Assembly: GCA_963727625.1 (NCBI GenBank)
Contig: CAVSHR010000004.1
Span: 704,001 to 768,000, forward strand
Length of the DNA stretch: 64,000 nucleotides
From: an uncultured delta proteobacterium
Lineage (GTDB): Bacteria; Desulfobacterota; Binatia; UBA9968
Direction of reading: 5' to 3'
The notes under the pieces were generated by a model. That model ran no database searches. It saw only the letters and a program-made list of their open reading frames with translations, and was not told the DNA's origin. Below are positions 19,931 through 29,587 of this stretch, one piece after another (position 1 is the stretch's first letter; every line of letters begins with the position of its first letter). The position numbers were made by a program, and so were the translations under genes.

Positions 19931-21658
19931 TTATTCTCGCATCGCCACCGGCTCCCGGCCGGGAAACCACTGGACGGCAAGAATCACCGCGAAGGAAACC
20001 AACAGTAATAGAATTCCCAATACGGCGATGACCCCAACCTGGCCTTCTTCTTTAAGATCGAAAATGACCACGGACACGACTTTCGAGCTCGGCGCGAACA
20101 GGAGAATCGATGCGCTGAGCTCGCGAATCACGCCGATGAAGATAAACGACCAGGCGGCGATCAATCCCGAGCGCGCCAGCGGCGCGGTCACATCCATCAG
20201 CGTAGTCAGCCGGTTGGCGCCGATGATCCGGCTGGCGTCTTCAAGCTCGGGATGGATGCTTTTAAAAGTCGACTCCGCTTGGGAAAAGCCGATGGGCATT
20301 TCTTTGGTCAAATAGGCGACGAATAGAATCCACACCGTGCCGTAGAGCACCAACGGCGGCCGGGTATAGACGATAAACAAACCGACCGCCAGAACGATGC
20401 CGGGAATGACCAGTGGCGCCAGGGCGAAAAAAGTCAAATAGCGCGCGCCGCGAAACAAATTGCGGTTGGTGATGTACGCGATGAGCGTGGCGAGAACCGT
20501 TCCCACCGTCGCCGTCAAGATGCCCAGTTTAAAAGTGTTGTAGATCGCCCGCTGGGTATCGCCATACTCGAAGAAGGCGAAAGAAAAATTTTTCAGTGAA
20601 AAATTATCCCAGGTGAGCGGCATCGCCCAGGCTTTAGAGAGCGCCGCCTTGAGCAGAATCCAGTAAGGCAGGAACACCGAGAGGGAAAGAATCGTCAGCA
20701 CCAACAACAGCACCGGCACTTTAGCCCAACCTAGCTGGAGAAGTCGCATCTGTCCGCCCTTCCCGCCGACAGTGCTATATCCACGCCGGCCGAGAATCTT
20801 CTTTTGCGCGGCGATCAAGACCATGGTCGCCAAGAGCAGCGGCACCGAAAAGGCCGCCGCCATGTCCAGGCGCGGCGGGTATTGAAACAACGCCCAGATT
20901 TGCGTGGTGATCGTATGCAATCCCGCGGGCAGGCCGAGGATCGCCGGCGCGCCGAACAGCGACAAGGAATGGAGAAATGCCAGGATGAAGCCGCCGAGAA
21001 GTGCCGGTAGCGACAGCGGCAAGGTGATCGTCCAGGCGATGCGCCACTTGTTCGCGCCCAAGATCTCCGCGGCGTCTTCAAGATCGGAGGAAATCAACTC
21101 ACACACGTTGGCGATCATGGAGAAAACAAATGGAAAGCTGTAAAGCGCCATGACGAAAATCAGCCCATGCATGGTGAAGATGTTGAACAGCGCGTCTTCC
21201 GAGCCGGTCAACGCGCGGTAAAATTTATTCAGCGCGCCGGCGTTAGGCCCGGCCAGCAGGGTCCAGGCGAATGCACCGAGGAACGGCGGCGTGACAAACG
21301 AGGCCATGACCAGGGCGCGAATCGACTTTTTACACGGCAGATCCGTGCGCGTCACCAGCCAGGCCAAGAGCGCACCGATCATGACCGCGATCACACCCAC
21401 CCAGGTGGAGATGATCAGGGTGTTCCAGATCGCCTTGAGAAACTGCTCGTTGGTAAAAACTTCCAGGTAGTGTGTGAGCGTCAGGCCGGTTTCGCCCCAC
21501 AGGCTGGCGCGAAAGATCGCGCCGAGCGGGAAGACCATCAAAAAAATTAGTAAAAGCGCCGCGCCCAGCCACACCGGCAGGGTCGGATCTCTCAACCGAA
21601 GCGCGGACCAGCCGGGGTGGCTGCCCCGCGTTATAGCGCCGGACTGGGAAATGGGCAT
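19931..21658 (-). CDS. ABC transporter permease (FbpB-like, duplicated domain)
   Basis: Two EAA-like loops (LEDAAEILGA, LEDASRIIGA), about 12 TM. Confidence 0.93.
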   Translation of the reverse strand: MPISQSGAITRGSHPGWSALRLRDPTLPVWLGAALLLIFLMVFPLGAIFRASLWGETGLTLTHYLEVFTNEQFLKAIWNTLIISTWVGVIAVMIGALLAWLVTRTDLPCKKSIRALVMASFVTPPFLGAFAWTLLAGPNAGALNKFYRALTGSEDALFNIFTMHGLIFVMALYSFPFVFSMIANVCELISSDLEDAAEILGANKWRIAWTITLPLSLPALLGGFILAFLHSLSLFGAPAILGLPAGLHTITTQIWALFQYPPRLDMAAAFSVPLLLATMVLIAAQKKILGRRGYSTVGGKGGQMRLLQLGWAKVPVLLLVLTILSLSVFLPYWILLKAALSKAWAMPLTWDNFSLKNFSFAFFEYGDTQRAIYNTFKLGILTATVGTVLATLIAYITNRNLFRGARYLTFFALAPLVIPGIVLAVGLFIVYTRPPLVLYGTVWILFVAYLTKEMPIGFSQAESTFKSIHPELEDASRIIGANRLTTLMDVTAPLARSGLIAAWSFIFIGVIRELSASILLFAPSSKVVSVVIFDLKEEGQVGVIAVLGILLLLVSFAVILAVQWFPGREPVAMRE

Positions 21659-21676
21659 GAACGCGGCTGCCGCGCT

Positions 21677-22699
21677 TTACGCGCCGAAATATTCAACGAA
21701 GCGTTTCTTTATTTCGGCATTGCGCTTTTCCAGCTCATCGGCGTCGGTGGAAAACAGCTTGAGGTCCTTGAGCTTGGGCTTGTCCGTCGGATAAGTGACG
21801 TCCGGATGGCCGGTATAAAGTCCTTCTTTGTCCGCCAACAACTGCTGCTGCTCTTTGGCGAAAATAAATTCCGTGAAGAGCTTGGCCGCGTTCGGGTGGG
21901 GCGATTCCTTGGCGATGGCCACCGGCGAAACCACCAGAGGGACGCCTTCCTTGGGATAAACGATCTTGATCGGATTCCCCTGTTTTAGCGTCTTGTAATA
22001 GAAATACTCCGCGCCGTTCACGCCGACGGGCCGTTCTCCTGAAGCCACAACGCCGGCCGGGTCGTTGGCCGATTGAACCAGGTGCAATTTGTTTTTCGCC
22101 AGGTCACGAAAATAGTCCCAGCCGTAGACATTCACCAGCGCCAGCACGTGAGTCATGATAATACCGCTGTAACCGGGATGGGCAGAAACTTCTTTGCCGT
22201 TCCACTTGGAATTCAAAAGATCCTTCCAAGTTTTCGGCGCATCTTTCTCGGCGATGATTTTGGGGTTGTACGCAATCACCGAAAGGGTTGCGCGCATGCC
22301 ATAGTAAAAACCGGCCTTGTCCTTGAAACCTGCGGGAAAGTTGCTCACCGCCTGCGGTGTGTACTTCATCAGCATGTTCTTACCCTTGAGCAACTCGAAA
22401 TGGCCGGCATCCGAGGTGTGAATCAGGTCGACATTTTTAATTCCCGCGCTGGCTTCCTGCATCACCCTTTGCAAAACCCGCTGCGAGCCGGTGCGATGAA
22501 CTTCCACCGAGATGCCCGGGTATTTTTTCTCGAAGTAATGGGCGATGGCGGTGGACGAGGGCAAAGCCAGCGAAGTGTACCAAACGACCTTGCCATCTTT
22601 CTTCGCCGCCTGAATCAGCGCGGCGTCTTGTGCCGCGAGCAGCGACGTCATGGCGAGAATAAATAGGCACGTACATAAACTAAGAACTGCTTTCTTCAT
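21677..22699 (-). CDS. ABC extracellular solute-binding protein (Fe3+/AfuA-like family)
   Basis: Signal peptide; AAKKDGKVVWYTS, APKTWKDLL, PHPNAAKLF. Confidence 0.9.
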   Translation of the reverse strand: MKKAVLSLCTCLFILAMTSLLAAQDAALIQAAKKDGKVVWYTSLALPSSTAIAHYFEKKYPGISVEVHRTGSQRVLQRVMQEASAGIKNVDLIHTSDAGHFELLKGKNMLMKYTPQAVSNFPAGFKDKAGFYYGMRATLSVIAYNPKIIAEKDAPKTWKDLLNSKWNGKEVSAHPGYSGIIMTHVLALVNVYGWDYFRDLAKNKLHLVQSANDPAGVVASGERPVGVNGAEYFYYKTLKQGNPIKIVYPKEGVPLVVSPVAIAKESPHPNAAKLFTEFIFAKEQQQLLADKEGLYTGHPDVTYPTDKPKLKDLKLFSTDADELEKRNAEIKKRFVEYFGA

Positions 22700-22777
22700 A
22701 TAGGCCTCCTGTTTGCCTTGCACGGTTCAACCGGTCAGGTAGTTCAGCAAAATTCGTCTAATAAGCGGGTGTCATTA

Positions 22778-24148
22778 TTACGGAATTAGCTCCTCAGTCA
22801 ATATCGCAATTGAGGCAAGCCGCTCCAGCCGACCAACCAAGTCCAGTACCTTCTCAATCTTGCGCTCCGGCAGCACCAATCCCGCGTTGGCGCGAAACTT
22901 TGCTTCGATTTCCTGCGGCGGCAAGGGATCTTCCAGGCCGCCGCGCGGATGGGGCTGATTCTCTTCGAATATCGTGCCGTCCGCCATTTTGACTTTGACA
23001 TGGCCGGAAAAATGACGCGGATAATCGATGGTCGGATCGAGTTCATATCGCACCTTCGCCGCCAGCGCGAGAATCTCGGTGTCGCCGATAGCGGCGTCGG
23101 TAAATTCTTCCAGGCCCGCTCGACCGCGCACCAGCATGACGGCGATGCTGAAGGGCAAACTGAATTTGGCGCCGTAGGAACTCACCGGCGTCTGCTTGTC
23201 GGCGAGCGGCTCCCATAGGCGATGCACCGGTCCTTCCGCGGTGCGGCAGACGACCTCGACAATCCGCTCCGGCGCAGGGGCGTGCTTTTGCTTGATCCTC
23301 AGCGCGCAGTCCATGTAGGGATGCGAAATCGAGCCGCAGGGATAGGACTTGAATGTCAAGCGCGGAATCTCCCACTCCTTGCCGAGCTCCGTGAGTTTTT
23401 CAAAACGGTAATCGTTCTTGCCGCCGAAGGCGCTAAAAAAGCCATGCGTCCCCTCGAAAACTTTCGCCGGGCCGCGGAAGCCTTCCTTGGCCAGCATCGC
23501 AGCGATGACCCCGCCATGGGCCGACCAGCCGGGGTGCATCCGCTTGGTCCAAGTCCCGTCGGCGAGATATTCGATGATCCCCGAGCTCTGGCTGCCGCAA
23601 AGACCGAATGCATCGACCCATTGATCGAGATTTAGATCGTAGAGTTTGCCTGCCACAGCGGCGGCGCCGAAGGTCGAACAAATCGCGGTCGGATGAAATC
23701 CCCGGGCGTGAAATTTTCCCGGCGCCACCAGGCCGATTTTGCACAACACTTCGGTTCCGGCGACCGCGGCTTCAATGGCCGCCGCGCCGCTGGCGCCGAC
23801 TTCCTCGCCCACCGCGAGCGCGGTCATCCAGGCGCACGAGCCGGTGTGAACAATCGCTTCCTCGAGGGTGTCGTCGTAATCAAGGCCGTGGGCCAGCGTG
23901 CCATTGGCAATCACCGCATTGGCCGCCGCCACTCGCAGCGGCGAGCCGATAAGTAAACTACGATTGGCGCCGCCGAGTTTCTCCGCGACCCGAGTCACCA
24001 TCATGCCGAAATCCATTGTCGATGACGCGAGCGCGATGCCTAGCGTGTCGAGAAAAACGAGTTTCGCCTTTGCGGATACATCGGTCGGCACTTGCGCAAG
24101 CTCCAACCCGCCGGCGAATCGCCCGATGATTTGCGAGTAAGTGTCCAC
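22778..24148 (-). CDS. MmgE/PrpD family protein
   Basis: NGTLAHGLDYDD, RGFHPT, KSYPCG, AKFSLPF. Confidence 0.93.
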   Translation of the reverse strand: MDTYSQIIGRFAGGLELAQVPTDVSAKAKLVFLDTLGIALASSTMDFGMMVTRVAEKLGGANRSLLIGSPLRVAAANAVIANGTLAHGLDYDDTLEEAIVHTGSCAWMTALAVGEEVGASGAAAIEAAVAGTEVLCKIGLVAPGKFHARGFHPTAICSTFGAAAVAGKLYDLNLDQWVDAFGLCGSQSSGIIEYLADGTWTKRMHPGWSAHGGVIAAMLAKEGFRGPAKVFEGTHGFFSAFGGKNDYRFEKLTELGKEWEIPRLTFKSYPCGSISHPYMDCALRIKQKHAPAPERIVEVVCRTAEGPVHRLWEPLADKQTPVSSYGAKFSLPFSIAVMLVRGRAGLEEFTDAAIGDTEILALAAKVRYELDPTIDYPRHFSGHVKVKMADGTIFEENQPHPRGGLEDPLPPQEIEAKFRANAGLVLPERKIEKVLDLVGRLERLASIAILTEELIP

Positions 24149-24151
24149 GGT

Positions 24152-25582
24152 CTATTTGCTCCGTGTTGTTACCCGTCGCTGCTTTTTTGCCCCCGCTCCG
24201 CCAGCGACGGATAGCGTCTTGAGCAGCGGCGCCAGGCTTTTTAATTTCTCGATGCGCCCAACCAACTCGACGGCGTCGTTGACCTTGCCCCGCGGCAGAA
24301 CCAAATTGGCGCAGTCGCGAAACTTTTCGCCCAGCTCCGACCAACTCATGGGCTTTTCCGGGTGGCCGCGCGCGACATCGGAACGTCCTTCGATCAAACG
24401 GCCGTCTTTGAGTCGGATGCGAATCCGTGAGCGCACCTGATCGTAGCCCAGCCGCTCTAACTCATCATCGACGTAGAGCGTCACCCGCTTCATCAGATCG
24501 ACGACTTTCTTGTCACGCACTTTGCGGTCCTGGAACTGGGCGATGCCGGCTTTGCGTTCGAGCACCGCGATCGCCATACAAAAGGGAATGCTGAATTTTC
24601 CTTCCAACGCGGTTTTCGGCATCGGGTAGATCAGCGCGTTGGGCACGTTGGAATTGGTGCCGACGTCGATCCGGTCGATGTCGGCGGCGCGCAGATCATG
24701 AGCTTTGACCAGATCAAGAATTAAATCTTGCGCCGGGTGGGACAAGGAACCTGACGGATAGGGTTTGATGGACACGCCCGGCTCCTTCATGAAGTACGGC
24801 GCGCCAAGCCGGCCGCTGAGCTTGCGCTCATCATAACCTCCCGCCATGGCGTTGAAGAAACCGCGCCGGGCTTCAAGAATATTCGTCGCTGCCGTGAACC
24901 CGTCGCGCGCCAGCAACGCCGCGGTGACGCCGTTCTCGGCCGCGCGGCCGGCATGGAGCGGTTTGGTCATGGTGCCGAAATTTTCGCGCAACCCGGAGGC
25001 CATGCTCGCGGCGATGCCGAGCGTGCGAATCAGCTGTTCTTCCTTTAGCCCGAGAATTTTACCAACCGCCATGGCGGCGCCCAATCCGCCCATCGTCGCC
25101 GTCGAATGAAACCCGGCCTGGTAATGGCGCGGGCTAATCGCATCGGCGATGCGGCACTCCACCTCGACGCCGAGAACATACGCGAGGAGTAACTCTTGGC
25201 CGCTGATTTTTTCCTTTTCGCCGACGGCCAAAGCCGCCGCCAGCACCGGCGTGGTCGGATGGGTCAATAACCCATAGACCGCTTCTTTGGAAGTCGACAA
25301 CTGGGTGTCGTCGTAGTCCATCGCGTGGCCCGCCACACCGTTGGCGAGGGCAGCCTTCGCAGTAGGCGCGGTCAGAGCGACGCCGAGAATCGAAGACTCG
25401 CCCCGGCCGTTCATGCGGCGGATATGGGCCTGCACAATGCGCGAACACTCATCGCTGGAGCCGGCCAGCGCGACGCCCAAGCCGTCCAGAATAAATCCGC
25501 GCGCCAACTGCACGACGTCTTCGGGGATATCGCGAAAGCGGGTTGTTGCGACAAACCTCGCCACTTCTTGGGTCGGTGCCAT
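24152..25582 (-). CDS. MmgE/PrpD family protein
   Basis: NGVAGHAMDYDD, GFHST, GTMTKPLHAG, KPYPSG, GKFSIPF. Confidence 0.93.
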   Translation of the reverse strand: MAPTQEVARFVATTRFRDIPEDVVQLARGFILDGLGVALAGSSDECSRIVQAHIRRMNGRGESSILGVALTAPTAKAALANGVAGHAMDYDDTQLSTSKEAVYGLLTHPTTPVLAAALAVGEKEKISGQELLLAYVLGVEVECRIADAISPRHYQAGFHSTATMGGLGAAMAVGKILGLKEEQLIRTLGIAASMASGLRENFGTMTKPLHAGRAAENGVTAALLARDGFTAATNILEARRGFFNAMAGGYDERKLSGRLGAPYFMKEPGVSIKPYPSGSLSHPAQDLILDLVKAHDLRAADIDRIDVGTNSNVPNALIYPMPKTALEGKFSIPFCMAIAVLERKAGIAQFQDRKVRDKKVVDLMKRVTLYVDDELERLGYDQVRSRIRIRLKDGRLIEGRSDVARGHPEKPMSWSELGEKFRDCANLVLPRGKVNDAVELVGRIEKLKSLAPLLKTLSVAGGAGAKKQRRVTTRSK

Positions 25583-25859
25583 GCTAAACCTCTACGCTCG
25601 AAAAATATTTTGGCGGCCTGCCCTCCGCGTATCTGGCCAGAATCAACATTGCACCGGAGCACGATCAAGTTCAAGCATAAAACACTCGATGCCGTATGCT
25701 GGCGCCGGATCACCTCGGTCTCAGATTTCGGTAGCGACTCAACTGAACAGCAGATGGTTCAGTTGGTTAATCAGGACGACATCTCCGATCACATGTCATG
25801 TTTGCAGAAAACCCGCACTGGCCCCCCAAAACAAGTCGCGACCCAGATTTGGCTCCGTC

Positions 25860-25888
25860 TTGACAGCACCCAGGGCGTGGGATAGTTT
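25860..25888 (+). promoter_or_regulatory. Sigma70 promoter of the riboswitch leader
   Basis: TTGACA-17 nt-TAGTTT, 14 nt upstream of the aptamer. Confidence 0.75.
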
Positions 25889-25902
25889 TTTACTCTACTG
25901 GA

Positions 25903-26017
25903 CACCTTATCCAGAGTGGTGGAGGGATAGGCCCTTCGAAGCCACAGCAACCGGTTCCGGGCATCGGAACGCTGGTGCTAAGTCCCGCTCCCGATCACCG
26001 GGGGCAAAGATAAGGTG
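25903..26017 (+). ncRNA. SAM-I (S-box) riboswitch
   Basis: P1 CACCTTATC/GATAAGGTG; conserved ATCCAGAG, GGAGGGA..GGCCC..GAAGCC.CAGCAACC, GGTGCTAA.TCC, AAAGAT. Confidence 0.95.
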
Positions 26018-26026
26018 AGGTTTTCC

Positions 26027-26064
26027 AAACCTCTTCTTATCTTGTTTAAGAAGAGGTTTTTTTT
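26027..26064 (+). terminator. Riboswitch-controlled intrinsic terminator
   Basis: AAACCTCTTCTTA/TAAGAAGAGGTTT stem with T8 run; its 5' arm (CTTATCTT) can alternatively pair with AAGATAAG of P1. Confidence 0.9.
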
Positions 26065-26075
26065 GGCGCGCGGCA

Positions 26076-26870
26076 ATGAATACGAGATTGACAGCGGAAC
26101 AGATCGAGCGTTATAGCCGGCAAATTATGGTGCCGGACATCGGCGGCAAGGGACAAATCCACTTGCGCCAGTCCCGGGTGCTGGTCATCGGCGCCGGCGG
26201 GCTCGGTTCGCCGGCGGCTTTCTATTTGGCGGCCGCCGGCATCGGCACTCTCGGCATCGTTGACCCGGACAAAGTGGAACTGTCCAATCTCCAGCGCCAG
26301 ATTTTGCACAGGAGCGCCGACATCGGCCGGCCGAAAGTGGAATCGGCCAAGGACAAATTGAGCGATCTCAACCCCGAGGTAGAAATCAGGACATACCCCG
26401 TGCGCTTCGATGAAGACAACGGCGCCGGGATCGCCGCCGATTACCACTTCATCGTCGACGGCAGCGATAATTTCGAGACAAAATTTCTAGTGAACGACAT
26501 GGCGCTGCGCCTCGGCATCCCCTTCTCCCACGCCGGTATTGTCCGCCTTCAAGGGCAAACCATGACCGTGCTACCGGGAAAAACCGCCTGTTACCGTTGC
26601 CTGTTCGTAGCGCCGCCGCCGCCGGAAGAAATTTTAAATTGCCAACAGTCCGGCATCCTCGGCGCGGTCGCCGGGACACTGGGCACGATCCAGGCCACCG
26701 AAGCGGTCAAATATCTCGCTGGTTTCGAAGAAGGGCTGATCACCGACCGGCTGCTGACCTACGACGCCAAGATGATGAAATTCTACAGCGTCGAGATCAC
26801 TCGAAATCCCCAGTGCGCCGCCTGCGGCGCGGCCGGCTCCGCGAAACCGATTCTATCCGCCACCATTTGA
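26076..26870 (+). CDS. moeB: ThiF/MoeB family adenylyltransferase (no rhodanese domain)
   Basis: RYSRQI, GAGGLGS, SNLQRQ, DGSDNF, CYRC, CAAC. Confidence 0.92.
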   Translation: MNTRLTAEQIERYSRQIMVPDIGGKGQIHLRQSRVLVIGAGGLGSPAAFYLAAAGIGTLGIVDPDKVELSNLQRQILHRSADIGRPKVESAKDKLSDLNPEVEIRTYPVRFDEDNGAGIAADYHFIVDGSDNFETKFLVNDMALRLGIPFSHAGIVRLQGQTMTVLPGKTACYRCLFVAPPPPEEILNCQQSGILGAVAGTLGTIQATEAVKYLAGFEEGLITDRLLTYDAKMMKFYSVEITRNPQCAACGAAGSAKPILSATI

Positions 26871-26901
26871 AACCAACGGATAAGTCAAGAAAGGACCCCA
26901 A

Positions 26902-28164
26902 ATGAGTTTTGTCAAAGGACTTCAGTGCCGAGAGTGCGGCCAGGAATATCCTAATGCTCCCCTGCATGTCTGTGAGACTTGCTTCGGCCCGCTGGAGATC
27001 CGCTACGATTACGCAGGCATTAAAAAGGCCATCAGTCGGGAAAAAATTGCCGCCCGCGAGCGCAACCTGTGGCGCTACCGCGAGCTCTTGCCCATCGACG
27101 GCGAGCCGAGCGTCGGTTTGTATTCCGGATTTACGCCGCTGGTGCGCGCGAACCGCTTGGGCGAAGCCTTCGGCGTAAAGGAACTCTATCTGAAGGATGA
27201 CTCGGTAAATCACCCGAGTTTTTCCTACAAGGATCGGGTGGTGTCGGTCGCTATTTCAAAGGCGATCGAATTCGGTTTCGATACGGTTTCCTGCGCGTCC
27301 ACCGGCAACCTGGCAAATTCCGTGGCCGCTCACGCCGCCAAGGCCGGGCTCGATTGCTACGTCTTTATTCCCGAGGGACTCGAGCAAGGCAAGATCATCG
27401 GTTCCGCCATCTACGGGCCCAAAACCATCGCTATCAAAGGCAACTACGACGACGTCAACCGGTTGTGCAGCGAAATAGGTGACAAATACGGCTGGGCTTT
27501 TGTCAATGTCAACTTGCGGCCTTATTACGCCGAAGGCGCCAAGACCCATGGGTTCGAAATCGTCGAGCAATTGGGCTGGAAGCTGCCGCAGCATATCGTC
27601 GTCGCCTCGGCGGGCGGCACGATACTGCCAAAGCTGGCCAAGGGATTCAAAGAAATGATCCAAGTCGGTTTGGTTGAAGACACCCGCTGCAGAATTTACT
27701 CGGCGCAAGCGGCCGGCTGCGCGCCGATCATCAACGCGCTCCACAAAGGCACCGACTTGATCAGTCCAGTGAAGCCCAACACCATCGCCAGCTCGATTGC
27801 CATCGGCAATCCCGCCGACGGCTACTACGTGATTCAAGCGGTTCATGAGTCTGGCGGCTGGGGTGAAAGCGTCACGGACGAAGAAATCCTCGAAGGGATC
27901 AAGCTGCTTGCCCGCACCGAGGGAATTTTCACCGAACCGGCCGGCGGTACCGAAGTAGCCGTCGCAAAGAAGTTGATCGCCAGCGGGCGCATTCCGCGCG
28001 ACGAATCGATCGTCGTGAGCATCACCGGGAACGGCTACAAAACCTTGGAAGCGGTGGCGCACAGTGTCGATAAGCCCTACACGATCGACGCCACGCTGCA
28101 AAGGTTTGACGAATTGTATAGCGCACTGGCGCCGAAGGCATCGATGCACGCGGCGGCCGGATAA
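26902..28164 (+). CDS. thrC: Threonine synthase-like PLP enzyme (possible O-phosphohomoserine sulfhydrylase)
   Basis: N-terminal Zn ribbon CRECG..CETC, SFSYKDR, ASTGNLA, EGAKT, ITGNGYK. Confidence 0.88.
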   Translation: MSFVKGLQCRECGQEYPNAPLHVCETCFGPLEIRYDYAGIKKAISREKIAARERNLWRYRELLPIDGEPSVGLYSGFTPLVRANRLGEAFGVKELYLKDDSVNHPSFSYKDRVVSVAISKAIEFGFDTVSCASTGNLANSVAAHAAKAGLDCYVFIPEGLEQGKIIGSAIYGPKTIAIKGNYDDVNRLCSEIGDKYGWAFVNVNLRPYYAEGAKTHGFEIVEQLGWKLPQHIVVASAGGTILPKLAKGFKEMIQVGLVEDTRCRIYSAQAAGCAPIINALHKGTDLISPVKPNTIASSIAIGNPADGYYVIQAVHESGGWGESVTDEEILEGIKLLARTEGIFTEPAGGTEVAVAKKLIASGRIPRDESIVVSITGNGYKTLEAVAHSVDKPYTIDATLQRFDELYSALAPKASMHAAAG

Positions 28165-28284
28165 AACGCCGGCAAGATTTTGCGGCTTGACGATGGTGTC
28201 GCTGATCGACCTTGCATGGCATTGAGCGACGGACTATCCTAGGACGAACTAAACATTTCGCTAATTTCTTGAGGAGGATTGGTT

Positions 28285-28569
28285 ATGTCGGTGCGAGTAC
28301 GCGTTCCCACCCCGCTGCGCAAATTCACGCAAGGCGCCGATGAGGTCAGCGCTCAAGGGAGCAACGTCAAGGCCATCGTAGACGACTTGGAAAAGAGCTA
28401 CCCAGGCATCAAGGAACGGATCTGCGATGAGACCGGCAAGGTCCGGCGTTTCGTCAACGTGTATGTCAACGGCGACGACATCCGCTTTCTGCAAAACTTG
28501 GAAACCGCGCTCAAGGAAGGGGACAACATTTCCATCGTGCCTGCGATCGCAGGCGGCACGCATCGATAA
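28285..28569 (+). CDS. MoaD/ThiS/CysO-type sulfur carrier protein
   Basis: VRVPTPLR, RRFVNVYVNGDDIRF, VPAIAGG followed by THR; RBS GAGGAGG. Confidence 0.93.
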   Translation: MSVRVRVPTPLRKFTQGADEVSAQGSNVKAIVDDLEKSYPGIKERICDETGKVRRFVNVYVNGDDIRFLQNLETALKEGDNISIVPAIAGGTHR

Positions 28570-28582
28570 CCGAAATTTTGCG

Positions 28583-29584
28583 ATGGCCTCAACTTCGCTC
28601 AATTTGCGATTAGTGCCGTCCCCGCGTGGGGAGCTCCAAAAGGCCGAATCGGCTCTCGATCTCATCGGTAATACCCCGCTGATCGAGATCCAAAAGATCA
28701 CCGCGGGGCTTTCGCCGCGGGTTAAGATTTACGCCAAACTGGAAGGCATGAATCCCGGCGGCTCGGTCAAGGACCGCCCGGCTTGGCGAATGGTGCAGGA
28801 AGGGCTTCGTAGCGGCAAGCTCCGTCCCGGCAAGACGATTCTCGACTCCACATCGGGCAATACCGGCATCGCGCTGGCGATGATTGGCAGCATTTTGGGC
28901 TATCCCGTTGAATTGGTCATGCCCGGCAACGTCAGCGTCGAGCGCAAACAAATCATCACCGCCTATGGCGCCAAGGTCACTTACAGCGATCCGATGGAAG
29001 GCTCGGACGGAGCGATTTTGGAGTGCCGAAAAATTCTTCAAGCCGACCCGGAAATATATTTCAAGCCGGACCAGTATTTTAACCCGATGAATCCCCAGGC
29101 CCACTATGAAAACACCGGGCCGGAAATCTTTCGGCAAACCAACGGCGCGGTGACCCACTTCGTCGCCGGCATCGGCACCAGCGGAACAGTGATGGGAACC
29201 GGGCGTTACTTAAAGGAGGTCAATCCAAATATTCAAATCGTCGCCGTCGAGCCGGACGAAGCGCTGCACGGGCTCGAGGGACTGAAGCACATGGAGAGTT
29301 CCATCGTGCCGGGAATTTATCATGAAGAAGAGCTCGATGACAAAATTTCGGTCTCCACCGAAGACGCCTATTCGATGGTGTATCGTCTGAGCCAGGAAGA
29401 GGGCGTGCTGGTCGGACAGTCCTCCGGCGCGGCGCTGTTCGCGGCAATAAAGCTCGCCAGGAGGCTCCGCGCCGGCACTATTGTCGCTATCTTTCCCGAC
29501 TTCGGCGATAAATACCTGACGACCAATTTGTGGATAGGATGGCGCGATCGGATCTCGGTGGGCAACCTGGAGTTTTCGATCTGA
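28583..29584 (+). CDS. cysM: Cysteine synthase family PLP enzyme (CysM-like)
   Basis: IGNTPL, NPGGSVKDR, TSGNTG, GTSGT, GQSSGA. Confidence 0.9.
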   Translation: MASTSLNLRLVPSPRGELQKAESALDLIGNTPLIEIQKITAGLSPRVKIYAKLEGMNPGGSVKDRPAWRMVQEGLRSGKLRPGKTILDSTSGNTGIALAMIGSILGYPVELVMPGNVSVERKQIITAYGAKVTYSDPMEGSDGAILECRKILQADPEIYFKPDQYFNPMNPQAHYENTGPEIFRQTNGAVTHFVAGIGTSGTVMGTGRYLKEVNPNIQIVAVEPDEALHGLEGLKHMESSIVPGIYHEEELDDKISVSTEDAYSMVYRLSQEEGVLVGQSSGAALFAAIKLARRLRAGTIVAIFPDFGDKYLTTNLWIGWRDRISVGNLEFSI

Positions 29585-29587
29585 ACG

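Noticed and set aside
25660-25800. HigB-like toxin remnant (IKFKHKTL)
   Set aside because: Similarity limited to a few residues; no start codon, downstream motifs or antitoxin.
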